Below the pieces are notes generated by a model. The model was not told the origin of the DNA and ran no database searches. It saw nothing but the letters and a program-made list of their open reading frames with translations. This document shows positions 53,113-62,904 of a stretch of 64,000 nucleotides of DNA, piece after piece (position 1 is the stretch's first letter; every line of letters begins with the position of its first letter). This DNA comes from Parcubacteria group bacterium Gr01-1014_3 (GTDB lineage Bacteria > Patescibacteriota > Minisyncoccia > UBA6257 > WO2-44-18). The stretch is from the NCBI GenBank assembly GCA_007376445.1, contig VMGF01000001.1, positions 316,203 through 380,202 of the forward strand. The letters are read 5' to 3'. The translations under genes and the position numbers were made by a program.

Positions 53113-55560
53113 ATGGCCGATCTGAATCCAGCAAAACCAAAAACTCCGGACCAGTCCGCCTCTGACCGATTGGTTAAAAAAGACAATCGCAGGCTCACCT
53201 GGACGATAGTTGGGTTAATTACCGTAGTCACGCTTCTGCTTTTATGTATTTTACCGGGCAGTCCGGCGCTTGCCGTTCTTTTGAAATTGCCGGAAAAAGC
53301 CCAGCCAGTGATTACTAAGCTTGAGTCAATCTCTTTTGATCCAGTTGGCCCGTCTTCCGGTTCCGGCGGCGGATCTTCCAGCGTCGAGTTTCCAGTCGGG
53401 TCTTCCATTATAGTTAATGTTCCGCCCGATTTGACTAGGCCTCGACCCACGCCAACTCCTCCTCGCCGTTGGCCTGACTGTGTTCGTCCGGTTATCGGCA
53501 TCACCACGGCTACCACCGAAATTGAAGAATGTCCGGATTCCAGTATTCCAAAACCACCGCCACCGCCACCAACTCCAGTACCGGGTGAACCGAAGAAGCC
53601 AGCGGTCTTTGATTTCGGAGACGCGCCGGATAAGCCGAAAGGCGGTTTCCCATCATTACTATCCAGCAGCGGAGCCAGGCACTTTGACGTGAGCCGGTTT
53701 TATTTGGGCAAACGCGTGGATGTTGAGGGAGATTCTAAGCAGGTAGATGCCGATAGTGCCACTCCGCCAGCCGGTGTCGGTCCTGACGATGGTTTGAATA
53801 TAACCCTAAGTCTTGGCGTGGGCGCCGCGGGTACGGCTCTTGTAGATGGCATCGCGGAAATTCACAATAATAATTGGCCGGAAGAAAAACCGATCTATTT
53901 AAATGCCTTATATGATTTCAATAACAATCTTCAATGGGACATTCCAGGAGAGCACGTAGTTACCGATTATGAATTACACATTCCGCCAGGCGAGAGCGTG
54001 TACGGCAATATTATTTCCTTAAGCGCGAATAGATTAAATTGGCTCCGGGCCACGGTCTCAGAAATTCCACTTGGACTCGGCTATAACGGTTCCTGGTCAA
54101 AGGCGTTTGATTTTGGTGAAACTGAAGATTATTTCAAGCCGGAAATTTATCCTATCCATATAGTCAAAGGTTCGCACTTCGTCTTTACGTCGGAGGATAG
54201 AGAGCACAAGTGGGGTCCTTCGCAGATACATATAACTGGACCTACATACGGAGTTCCGGTAGAGACAGGGGGAGGTAGGCCAAAAGATCCCGGCCCAGCC
54301 ACGATTGATATGACCAAGCCGACTCCAGCCAAGCCAGGAACCGATGTTCCGACCTTTGATCCACGGCTGTTTACCCATGAAGGGGCAACGACGCGTCTGA
54401 CTCCGAGAAAACCAGGGTCAAACGTTGATCCGAACCCGACTTCTTTAATCATTACCTTACCGACGCAGCGGGGTGGATTATCGGTGGTGAATATATTTCC
54501 GATTCCAGATTTCTTAACCAGCGCCATTACTCAAATTCAAATTCGCAATCTCGAGCGGACATTGTTTCATCTGGAGCAGTTAGCGGATCGCCCGATTACT
54601 AGAATCCGAACAGTTCAGAAAGAGATCGAGGTACTCAAAGAAGTTATCAAGCTTGTGCCGACCCCGACTACACCGATCGGCGGTATCACCGCGCCGGCGC
54701 AGTATAAAATTGAGGTAATCGGTATCGATACCGGCAAAGGAACAATGGACATTCAGGCCTATGGCTTTGTATCCGGCAATAATGAGGTTGAAATATTGGA
54801 ATACTCTGCCAACGGACAATTACTTAATAAAACCAGCAAGCCATTTAATACCGCGAGTTTCCGGTTTGAATTTAAGAGTTTCTCAGGAGCCGTCTCGATA
54901 GTAATGCGATTGGTTCATAATGGCGATGTAGTGCCGGGTACTAGCATTAATGTTCCGTCCGTGGCTACGATAACCGGGGGACTGAGCGGCGCTGGGCCAC
55001 AGTGCCAATACACGATCTCGCTGGACGATACTCTTGCTGATGGGACGGCGAATACCGCTTACAGCCAGACAGTTACCGCGACCGGTGGCAGTGGCTCATA
55101 TACCTACGCCGTTACGGCTGGTTCTTTACCAACAGGCCTGACCCTTGCTTCTAACGGAACAATTACCGGCACGCCGACTACCGCCGCGACCTACGCATTT
55201 ACGATCACCGCGACGGATGTTAGCGGCTGTACCGCAAGCCGGGCATATTCTGTGACTATTGCCAGCGCTTGCCCAACCGTTTCTTTCTCTCCTACCGACT
55301 TCGTAGATGGTCAAGATGGGCGTGCAAGCGATACGAGCGTAGCTGGTACCTTGACTTCCAGTACCGGAACAGGAAGTAACCAGGCTTTGAATATGCCTCC
55401 TGGGGTTGATGTGAATATATCTGGATCTGGCACGGGTGTTATAACCTGGAACATACTTGGTACGCCTATAGGCGTGGGCGATTACTCCTTTACCGCTAGG
55501 ATAGCAGTTGCTGGTTGTTCTAATTTAGATACACCATTTACTTGGACGGTTACGCCTTAA
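53113..55560 (+). CDS. large surface protein with GEVED-like domain and C-terminal He_PIG (putative Ig) domain
   Basis: It has an N-terminal TM and a Pro-rich linker. The block FDFGDAPDKPKGGFPSLLSSSGARH...DVEGDSKQVDAD...GETEDYF is GEVED-like. The C-terminus YSQTVTATGGSGSYTYAVTAGSLPTGLTLASNGTITGTPT matches He_PIG. A terminator ccagctcctttattggagctgg lies at about 55583-55610. Confidence 0.6.
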   Translation: MADLNPAKPKTPDQSASDRLVKKDNRRLTWTIVGLITVVTLLLLCILPGSPALAVLLKLPEKAQPVITKLESISFDPVGPSSGSGGGSSSVEFPVGSSIIVNVPPDLTRPRPTPTPPRRWPDCVRPVIGITTATTEIEECPDSSIPKPPPPPPTPVPGEPKKPAVFDFGDAPDKPKGGFPSLLSSSGARHFDVSRFYLGKRVDVEGDSKQVDADSATPPAGVGPDDGLNITLSLGVGAAGTALVDGIAEIHNNNWPEEKPIYLNALYDFNNNLQWDIPGEHVVTDYELHIPPGESVYGNIISLSANRLNWLRATVSEIPLGLGYNGSWSKAFDFGETEDYFKPEIYPIHIVKGSHFVFTSEDREHKWGPSQIHITGPTYGVPVETGGGRPKDPGPATIDMTKPTPAKPGTDVPTFDPRLFTHEGATTRLTPRKPGSNVDPNPTSLIITLPTQRGGLSVVNIFPIPDFLTSAITQIQIRNLERTLFHLEQLADRPITRIRTVQKEIEVLKEVIKLVPTPTTPIGGITAPAQYKIEVIGIDTGKGTMDIQAYGFVSGNNEVEILEYSANGQLLNKTSKPFNTASFRFEFKSFSGAVSIVMRLVHNGDVVPGTSINVPSVATITGGLSGAGPQCQYTISLDDTLADGTANTAYSQTVTATGGSGSYTYAVTAGSLPTGLTLASNGTITGTPTTAATYAFTITATDVSGCTASRAYSVTIASACPTVSFSPTDFVDGQDGRASDTSVAGTLTSSTGTGSNQALNMPPGVDVNISGSGTGVITWNILGTPIGVGDYSFTARIAVAGCSNLDTPFTWTVTP

Positions 55561-55627
55561 AACTCTAACCTGTTAACAAAACCAGCTCCTTTATTGGAGC
55601 TGGTTTTGTTATAATAAAATGGAATGA

Positions 55628-55746
55628 ATCCCGTTAGAAGCAACTGGTCAATAATTATGAAAAACGATCTCATTTTTACGATAACCCTAGAATCAAATAG
55701 TCGGGCACTTTACGGTCGTCTAATGACGACCTGCTTCTAACGGGAT
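55628..55746. repeat. Family B inverted-repeat element, copy 2 (119 nt, inverted relative to copy 1)
   Basis: atcccgttagaagcaac ... cggtcgtctaatgacgacctgcttctaacgggat. The last AT of the right terminus plus a flanking G forms the start codon of the 55745 gene. Confidence 0.85.
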
Positions 55747-58700
55747 GAAGAAGATCCTCTTTTTAGCCACTGGCGCGGTTTTAATCGTTTTACTAGCAAT
55801 GATCGCTTACGGCTATGCTTTTTATCGTAGCCTGAATCCATTTATAGTTTTTGATCCGGGATTTTATTTTACTCCACAGCTCGAGTTGGTTTTAAAAACC
55901 AAGGGCCAGCCTTCCGCGGCGGGTCAACAGGCGAGCGTTTTAGAAACGCTCACGCTTCCGATCGTCTGGCCACCGATTACCGGAAGCTCGGTATTTAATT
56001 TCACTCTACCCAGCCAGGTTTCCGCTGCCTTGGAGTCTAACGGCCAGCTTGTTAACCCATATTTAGTTTTGAGTTTTGCGTTAGTTCCTAGCGAGGGCGT
56101 TTCTTCGGTGCCACCTCTCACGGTGGGCGAATTGTCATTTGAGCCAATCGTTCCACCAGCCGCGACGGGGGAGTTCGAGTTGATTTTGCCGATCACAAGC
56201 GATCAAGAAAATGTTAGCGTGGTTCTACCGCCGAGCCTGATCGCCGCCTACAATAATCTTGCTAACGAAATTATCGCCGCCGAGGAAGCTGGTGGAGCAG
56301 AAGAGTCTTCGGCGACTGGTGGTTCGTCTGTTTCCAGCGGAGGAACGGCACCGTCTAGTGGGGCTGGTTCGCCAGCTTCTGGCGCAGGCTTACCCGCCCC
56401 TGGCGTTGGCTCCACGGGTTCAGCTCCATCATCTGGCGGATCACCGTCTTCTGGTAGTGGTACAGGAGCGCCTGGCGGTTCTAGCGTGCCTGCTTCTGGT
56501 TCTGGTTTTCCCACCTCTGGCTCGGGCTTTCCTGCCTCTGGCACTGGTTTACCAGCACCATCGAATGTGATTACTGAGACCGCGTCCGAACCAGGAATTA
56601 TCGAATCTTTTATCAACGCCATCGACGATGCCGTGGTCGCCATCAATGAATTTTTTACCGAACCATTCACTTCGATATTTATTGGAGAGCCAACTGACAC
56701 ACCTTCCACGCCATCGACTATCGTTTCATCATCAGGAACTGGCGGTGCGACATCGGCAGGTTCTGTTCCCGGCACTACGGTGCTCGCGCCTGCTGGCAGT
56801 ACTGCTACTTCTCCGGTTACATCAGGCACTTCTGGTTCCACGGCTACTGGCGGAACAGGACCGACGGCTCCCACGTCAGGCACCACCGCGACTTCGCCAT
56901 CCGGCATTTCTGCGACCGCTCCTGCTACATCAGTTTCAGCCCCGGCAACTGGCGATTCCACAGGATTTTTTGATAATGTTTTCAGCGCGATTGATACCGC
57001 AGTTACTTCAATCACAGGCTTCTTTATTGATCCGATAGTGACGACGGTTACTTCGATTTCGGATTCTATCAATATCATTGCCACAAATCTGCAACCCACC
57101 GTGTATCGGGATCTTGGTGACGCGCCCGCACCAGGGAATGGCGGGAATTATCCGTCGTTACTCGTAGATAACGGTTCTCGCCACAAAATTACCTTCCCAT
57201 TGTATTTAGGTTACTTGGTAGATGTCGAGCCAGACTCGCTTCAGGTAGATGACGATAATTTCGATGATGGCTTTGAGTCAACCACTTGGCTGATTAAAAT
57301 TTCCAATAACAGCTGGACCGAAGGGCCGATCTATCTCAATATGCTGATTGATCTTAATCACGACGGCGATTGGGACGAATCCGATACGGAGTGGGCTGTG
57401 AAAAATCAGCAGGTCATAGTTCCTGCCGGTACTTCCAAGACAGTCTTGCCACTCATCTCCAATCTGCTGGTTGGTTTGAATTTCCCGATCACGGATACTT
57501 GGATTCGCCTGACAGTTACTGCCACGCCGGTGGACGCTCCATATATCGGCACCGGAAGTTTCATGTATGGTGAGTCGGAAGATTATTTTGTGACGATCAA
57601 AACTCCACCACCACCAGCTAAAGCGTCTGTTTATAACAGCGGTGTGCCAGCAGTAAAACTGCCCGGAAAATTGGTTGGAGATATTGTTTCTGAGGTTGTT
57701 ATTGTAACTTCACCGACTGCCGATCCGGGCGGCTCTCCGGCCCCTAAGCCATCGGGAGTGGATACGGTGAATCAGTATGACCATCAGATCGAAGGATCTT
57801 TCTGGCATAGTTATCAATCAACTTACTACGAATGGAAGAAGCGTACCGAGGTTGAGACAGTCTCTGCCGGCAAAGCACCAGGCGTTGCGCCAGCTCCGGC
57901 TCCAGCCCCCACTCCATCAACGCCAGGACCGAGTACTGGTGGAACAACATCAGCGGATCGTCCACCATACGATCATCAAACCGAAGGATCTTTCTGGCAT
58001 AGCTACAGCGATTCATACTATCGTTGGAAAAATACGATTGAAGTTCCGGTTTCTACTGGCAAGCCTCCGGTTTCCGCGCCAACTCCAGCGCCAACTCCAA
58101 CTCCAACTCCAGCCCCAACTCCAGCGCCAACGCCAACTCCCGGCTCGGTCCGGCCGGATGGTTTTAAATATACCTACCACGTCTTCAACTCCAGCGATTA
58201 TGTTCCAGGTGTTTATCATATTGGCGAGACCACTGACATTAAATACACCGATCCGGGCATTGAGAAAGATGGTTATAGAGTTACCCCATTACCGTTCTAC
58301 TGCGCCGATTCTTCAAGCGATTCAGACAACTGCACCCCACCGAAGCCAATAGCCGTCGAAGATCTACCTTCAGTCCCAAGCGTGGATACATCAAAGCCGT
58401 TAATCACGCCGGTTACAGTTGTTATTGACGAAATTCCTGGCGGAGCCGGTAGCGATGTTTTGACTGCCCCGTCAGTATTCCAGAGGATTTTTGATAGCAT
58501 TACGGAATTTTTAAGCGTGGAGCCAGCCACACCGTCGATCCATGACACCATCCTTTCAATTCGTATTAAGAATCTTCGCGATACCGCCACGCAACCAGCG
58601 CCATTACCTTCTCCGATCGTACCTATTGAACCAACGCCCGGTCCTAAAACACCATTCTCGCCAACCGAACCACCGTATGTAGTCCCTCCCGTAGTTATTC

Positions 58701-60223
58701 CAAGTGAACCGGGTTTCTTTGATAGATTAAAAGAGCTCTTCAGTTTCGGGCCGGAAATAATTCCAAGCAAAGACTACGATCTTCCAGGCGCTATTGATGA
58801 GGAAATGACTCGTACTATCTATACGTCTCCAGATAAGTTGAAATGTTCCGGTGGAGATTGTCCGGGAGGCGAGCAGTCTGTCATACAACAATCGCCGGCG
58901 GAATCACAACCAATTCATCAAGTAACATTGAGTGGATTCGAAAGAGCCAAGGAGGGCGTAACCGAGGTATTTAATAGCGCCGTCGAGGGAGCTCAAAAAC
59001 TCAGTGATGTGATTTTCCAGGATATTAGAATAACTCTCAATCCGGAAATAGCCCCTCTTACCCAAGAAAACCTTGACGCGCAACGATCCTTATTCTCAAC
59101 CGAGTCGGTTTCAGAAGTCACCGTGTTCGGTACCGACTATTCCACCGTGGTTCAGCGGGAAATTCCCACGATCAGCGTAACCGCCGAGACACCATTGGTG
59201 GTCCAGAGAATCGTTCAGCAGGATGCGATTAATAAACTGGAGGGTATTATCACTCAGCCGACCACGGTGATAATTTCCCCGATTGAGCAAACATTCCTGC
59301 GATTACAGCAAAGCCTGCAAACTCTTAATGAGAGCGTGCAGAAATTCGCGGACCGACAGAATTTAGTTGTTCAGCAGCCGTTGGTGTTGCCTACGGACGC
59401 GGCTCAAATCACGCCGGATAAGATTCTTGTTGATGGAAAATTGGTTGATCAGTCGCTCGCGGAAATTGCCGCGAAACCAAATCAATGCTGGCTTTCCTCC
59501 AGCAACGACGGAACAAAAGTCCTCTTAAACATCGAGGTTAACGGCACAACTCCGACTGGCCAAATCGCTAGCGCGGACGCGGTAGCCGAAGGATATGATG
59601 ACTTTAATAACGTGGTATTTAGGGAGGTTATTGGCGGAAGACCGATTTCCGGCACCGCTTCGGCCGATCTATTGGTTAGTTATTACAGCCAGCCTAGAGA
59701 CTCCGCGCGTATCAGTAATAGAGTGCTATCGCTTGTTCCGACTCCGACATTCTTCGGCGGCTCTGGTATACCGGCTTATAAAAGAGTTTCCGTTAAACTG
59801 ATCGGCAGGAACGGAACAAACTGTGCCGATTCAAATTCTAATCAGGGAGCTTCCGGCGCCTCGTCAATCCAAAATCCGGCCGGAGGAGCCGGACAAACGG
59901 TTCTTTCCATCACACCCGCGGCGACTTGCGGAGCGGTAACGGTATTGCCAGCCACTTTACCGGATGGCTCCGAGACCCCGCCGCTACTATACAACCAGAC
60001 TGTTTCAGCTTCAAACGCTGGAGGTTCAACCTTTACCTTCGCGGTTACCGCCGGTTCATTGCCGAACGGCCTGTCTTTGGACGCAAACACTGGAGTGATT
60101 ACCGGCACGCCGACTAGAGCTGATACATTCAACTTCACAATCACCGCGACACCGGTTGGCGACTGCTCGGCTACCACTGGCTCCAGGGCTTATACGATAG
60201 TTGTGCTTGGAGGTGGCGCGTAA
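55745..60223 (+). CDS. giant surface protein (1492 aa) paralogous to the 53113 gene: TM, S/G/T/P low-complexity linkers, GEVED-like domain, internal tandem repeats, C-terminal He_PIG domain
   Basis: It has YRDLGDAPAPGNGGNYPSLLVDNGSRH...DVEPDSLQVDDD...GESEDYF. A duplicated module YDHQ(I/T)EGSFWHSY..YY.WK occurs twice. A PTPAPTPTPTPAPTPAPTPTP tract lies at 58078-58140. The C-terminus is YNQTVSASNAGGSTFTFAVTAGSLPNGLSLDANTGVITGTPT. Confidence 0.6.
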   Translation: MKKILFLATGAVLIVLLAMIAYGYAFYRSLNPFIVFDPGFYFTPQLELVLKTKGQPSAAGQQASVLETLTLPIVWPPITGSSVFNFTLPSQVSAALESNGQLVNPYLVLSFALVPSEGVSSVPPLTVGELSFEPIVPPAATGEFELILPITSDQENVSVVLPPSLIAAYNNLANEIIAAEEAGGAEESSATGGSSVSSGGTAPSSGAGSPASGAGLPAPGVGSTGSAPSSGGSPSSGSGTGAPGGSSVPASGSGFPTSGSGFPASGTGLPAPSNVITETASEPGIIESFINAIDDAVVAINEFFTEPFTSIFIGEPTDTPSTPSTIVSSSGTGGATSAGSVPGTTVLAPAGSTATSPVTSGTSGSTATGGTGPTAPTSGTTATSPSGISATAPATSVSAPATGDSTGFFDNVFSAIDTAVTSITGFFIDPIVTTVTSISDSINIIATNLQPTVYRDLGDAPAPGNGGNYPSLLVDNGSRHKITFPLYLGYLVDVEPDSLQVDDDNFDDGFESTTWLIKISNNSWTEGPIYLNMLIDLNHDGDWDESDTEWAVKNQQVIVPAGTSKTVLPLISNLLVGLNFPITDTWIRLTVTATPVDAPYIGTGSFMYGESEDYFVTIKTPPPPAKASVYNSGVPAVKLPGKLVGDIVSEVVIVTSPTADPGGSPAPKPSGVDTVNQYDHQIEGSFWHSYQSTYYEWKKRTEVETVSAGKAPGVAPAPAPAPTPSTPGPSTGGTTSADRPPYDHQTEGSFWHSYSDSYYRWKNTIEVPVSTGKPPVSAPTPAPTPTPTPAPTPAPTPTPGSVRPDGFKYTYHVFNSSDYVPGVYHIGETTDIKYTDPGIEKDGYRVTPLPFYCADSSSDSDNCTPPKPIAVEDLPSVPSVDTSKPLITPVTVVIDEIPGGAGSDVLTAPSVFQRIFDSITEFLSVEPATPSIHDTILSIRIKNLRDTATQPAPLPSPIVPIEPTPGPKTPFSPTEPPYVVPPVVIPSEPGFFDRLKELFSFGPEIIPSKDYDLPGAIDEEMTRTIYTSPDKLKCSGGDCPGGEQSVIQQSPAESQPIHQVTLSGFERAKEGVTEVFNSAVEGAQKLSDVIFQDIRITLNPEIAPLTQENLDAQRSLFSTESVSEVTVFGTDYSTVVQREIPTISVTAETPLVVQRIVQQDAINKLEGIITQPTTVIISPIEQTFLRLQQSLQTLNESVQKFADRQNLVVQQPLVLPTDAAQITPDKILVDGKLVDQSLAEIAAKPNQCWLSSSNDGTKVLLNIEVNGTTPTGQIASADAVAEGYDDFNNVVFREVIGGRPISGTASADLLVSYYSQPRDSARISNRVLSLVPTPTFFGGSGIPAYKRVSVKLIGRNGTNCADSNSNQGASGASSIQNPAGGAGQTVLSITPAATCGAVTVLPATLPDGSETPPLLYNQTVSASNAGGSTFTFAVTAGSLPNGLSLDANTGVITGTPTRADTFNFTITATPVGDCSATTGSRAYTIVVLGGGA

Positions 60224-60342
60224 CAATAAAAAGCACCCTTCCACGAGGGCGGGGTGTTTTTGATTGTGGACGGGGGGAGACTTGCCGCCCGAAACTTCGG
60301 GCGAGCCTCGCTCAGCTTGGCTGAGCGGGAACCCCACCTATG

Positions 60343-60423
60343 TGCTCCCGACAGGATTCGAACCTGTAACCCTTGCGGGACGTGGTCCTAAGCCACGCGT
60401 GTCTGCCGTTCCACCACGGGAGC
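60343..60423 (-). tRNA. tRNA-Leu(TAG), type II
   Basis: The reverse complement is GCTCCCG-TG-GTG...-CGTGG-CTTAGGA-CCACG-long arm-ACAGG-TTCGAAT-CCTGT-CGGGAGC-A. Two short GC hairpins follow its 3' end at 60285-60335. Confidence 0.8.
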
Positions 60424-60548
60424 ATATTTTTAGCCTATATTGACTTCCTTTATATAATATGGTATAATTCTAGCAGAAACTTGAGCTTATGGCAATGCGT
60501 TATAAGCGGCAAGTGGTTCCTTAACAATAACCTGTAAATGGAGGAAAA

Positions 60549-61487
60549 ATGAAAGTCATCTTCGGTCTGTTGGTGTTGGCTGCCTTGGTGGTGGCTACGG
60601 TGCTGGCGGCGGAGACCTGGCCTTTGTACTACGTTGTGCCGTCAGCGGCGCTCGTGGTCGTCTATCTCTTGGGATGTATCGTCAATGTTCAGCCCAAGAC
60701 GGCGGTCGTGATCGTCAATCCGTTCGGCGGTATGCGCGAGGCGAGGCAGGGCTGGCAGCTGGTTCTCCGGCCATTCGAGTGGTTGGGCAAGATTAACGGC
60801 GCCGAAGTGTTCAGTCTTCAGAAGCGGGTGCTCGACGTCAAATTGGATGTTGAGTCCGAAGATGAGGAAGTGCTCACACTGGACCTCTCGATCAACTTTC
60901 GGATCGTGGCTCTTATCAAGTTCTTGGAATTCCCGGAAGCGGAATTCAAGGAAAGCCTCAGTGAGCATGCCAAGGCTTTGGCGAGCGAGCGGGCGCGTCT
61001 TTGTAAGGACCGGGACGAGATCATGGACAAGAAGGCGGACATCGAGGATTTCATTCACTTCGGCTTCCAGCGGAGGATGTTCAGCGGAAATCTTTTGCTG
61101 GAGGAGTATCACGGCATCAAAGTTGATACCGTGGTGATCAGCGATCCCGAGCTTCCCGAAGACCTGAAGAAGGCCGAGGTGGAGCGCGAGATCGCCGAGA
61201 AGCGCGCAGAAGCCAAGGTGCATGAGGCGAAGGGCCTTGCTAGAGCGGCGAAGGCGCTTCAGGGCAGAACCCCGAAGGGTCAGCAGCCGGAGATGAAGAG
61301 AGAGAAGGCCATGGAGCTCGAGCTGATCCGGTCCGGGGCGATTAAGAAGGAGAACAAGGAGGTCGAGATCGGGCCGCATTTGGCCGAAGCAATCGACTCG
61401 CTCCCGAAGGGCGTTCTCGCATTCTTCGGTTCTCTGTTCATGCCCAAGGGTGGGAAGCGTAAGGGTAAGAAGAAGGGAGGTCCGTAA
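60549..61487 (+). CDS. SPFH/band-7 (stomatin/prohibitin-like) domain membrane protein, GC-rich
   Basis: It has two N-terminal TMs. An SPFH-like core VVIVNPFGGMREARQGWQLVLRPFEWLGKINGAEVFSLQ...LTLDLSINFRIVA is followed by a coiled-coil AEKRAEAKVHEAKGLARAAKAL. GC is about 60 percent. Confidence 0.45.
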   Translation: MKVIFGLLVLAALVVATVLAAETWPLYYVVPSAALVVVYLLGCIVNVQPKTAVVIVNPFGGMREARQGWQLVLRPFEWLGKINGAEVFSLQKRVLDVKLDVESEDEEVLTLDLSINFRIVALIKFLEFPEAEFKESLSEHAKALASERARLCKDRDEIMDKKADIEDFIHFGFQRRMFSGNLLLEEYHGIKVDTVVISDPELPEDLKKAEVEREIAEKRAEAKVHEAKGLARAAKALQGRTPKGQQPEMKREKAMELELIRSGAIKKENKEVEIGPHLAEAIDSLPKGVLAFFGSLFMPKGGKRKGKKKGGP

Positions 61488-61984
61488 TGGCCAATGTGCC
61501 AAGTCCGATCCCGGTACCTGTCACGGCGGCGGGCAATCCCGCTCCGGCGACCGAGTTCTACAAGAGCAAGGCGCTCAAGGTGGTGGCAGTTCTCGCGGTT
61601 CTTTCGCTGGCGATCGCAATGATCGTCGGCCACTTCAGTGGCAAGTCCACTGCCGAAGCCGGAGCAGGCGGAGCAGGTTCACCCGCCAAGGGCGGGCAGA
61701 TCAGCTACAGCTCCGAGGCTCCGATTCGTTTCGGTCCTTCGAAGAGGATTGAGATCGACCTCAAGGTGGATGAGTGGAGCCCACTTATCATCGCGCCTGA
61801 ACGTTGCAAGAGCGTTATGGGAGCGGTGAATCCACCGGCTGGTTACTTCATTCAATTTCCCGACGGGAAAGAGATCGAAGTTACACCACACGGGAGGGAG
61901 GGATTTCTTCCGGCGAAACGCGGAGAGTATCGTTTCCGCGGCGTGCAACCCGGCCAAAGGCTGGTGATGCACGTGACGTACTAG
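61487..61984 (+). CDS. hypothetical membrane protein (possible SPFH partner), GC-rich
   Basis: Its ATG overlaps the upstream stop (TAATG). It has an N-terminal TM and a beta-rich C-terminus. A strong terminator gcgcccctgctctgttttacagagcaggggcttttttatt lies at 61988-62028. Confidence 0.4.
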   Translation: MANVPSPIPVPVTAAGNPAPATEFYKSKALKVVAVLAVLSLAIAMIVGHFSGKSTAEAGAGGAGSPAKGGQISYSSEAPIRFGPSKRIEIDLKVDEWSPLIIAPERCKSVMGAVNPPAGYFIQFPDGKEIEVTPHGREGFLPAKRGEYRFRGVQPGQRLVMHVTY

Positions 61985-62076
61985 CAGCGCCCCTGCTCTG
62001 TTTTACAGAGCAGGGGCTTTTTTATTCCAAATCAAAAACCGCCTTAAGGCGGTTTTTGAGAAAATAGCTATTGATC

Positions 62077-62433
62077 TTAAAGTATTGATTTCACAATAAA
62101 GACTACGGCACGAGACAATAGCGCTACTGCCACGCCGACAGCGGCAAAGATGATAACGCTCTTGGCTTTATTGATATTCTCTTCACTACCTCCAGCAGTC
62201 AAGTAGAGATAAGCCGCGTATAAAGTCATTACCGTCGCTAATAATATCAAACCAGTGAACAAATAATTGATCAATGTTTCGATGATTCTAATAACATCTT
62301 GGACGTTCTTAACGGCCGGTTCTGGAGGAGTTTGGATACCACTCTGGGCAAGCGAGAGCGATGGTGAAATGGCCATCAGGGACGCTATGCCAATTTTTTT
62401 AAGATTTAATTTCATATATTGAATAATGTACAC
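62077..62433 (-). CDS. TrbC/VirB2-like T4SS-pilin family small protein (paralog 1 of 3)
   Basis: It has a signal peptide and two TM helices, with the shared motif LYAAYLYLTAGGSEENINKAKSVIIFAAVGVAVAL. Confidence 0.5.
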   Translation of the reverse strand: MYIIQYMKLNLKKIGIASLMAISPSLSLAQSGIQTPPEPAVKNVQDVIRIIETLINYLFTGLILLATVMTLYAAYLYLTAGGSEENINKAKSVIIFAAVGVAVALLSRAVVFIVKSIL

Positions 62434-62464
62434 GACCTTTTTGGGATATTTATATTATACCATA

Positions 62465-62851
62465 TCATTTCGCCTTATATCCTATCAAATCAGCCACTAT
62501 CAGTGAGATACCATTGGATACTAATAAAATAGCGAAACCGATAGCGGCGTAAAGAATGGTTTTTTTGCCAGTTTCAATCTTGCCCGGATCTCCGGCGGAC
62601 GACATTATCATGAAAGCTCCATATAGCACCATGATCGTGACAATCGGAATGGCGATCACAAGCAAGCCCCGGATAATTTTATCGAGAAGTTCGGTGATAC
62701 TGCCTACCGATAGAGGATTCGGAAGCTCCGAGGCATCGGTGCTATCAGACCCCGGATCTCTAAATGGTTGAGCGGTGGCCAGAGAAGGAATCAAGAATAA
62801 AGAATTAAGAATTATGAATGAAGCGAAGATTATGATGAAAGATTTGGTCAT
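62465..62851 (-). CDS. TrbC/VirB2-like T4SS-pilin family small protein (paralog 2 of 3)
   Basis: It has a signal peptide ending ATAQP and the motif LYGAFMIMSSAGDPGKIETGKKTILYAAIGFAILL. Confidence 0.5.
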   Translation of the reverse strand: MTKSFIIIFASFIILNSLFLIPSLATAQPFRDPGSDSTDASELPNPLSVGSITELLDKIIRGLLVIAIPIVTIMVLYGAFMIMSSAGDPGKIETGKKTILYAAIGFAILLVSNGISLIVADLIGYKAK

Positions 62852-62904
62852 TTATTTATTGTATCTTTTTTTGATTCTAGATTCTAGCTATTAGATACTG
62901 GCTT

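Noticed and set aside
56248-57099. 283-aa antisense ORF (plus 56259-56570 and 56628-57038) inside the giant surface protein gene
   Set aside because: These are open frames created by the low-complexity S/G/P/T repeat region and are not independent genes.
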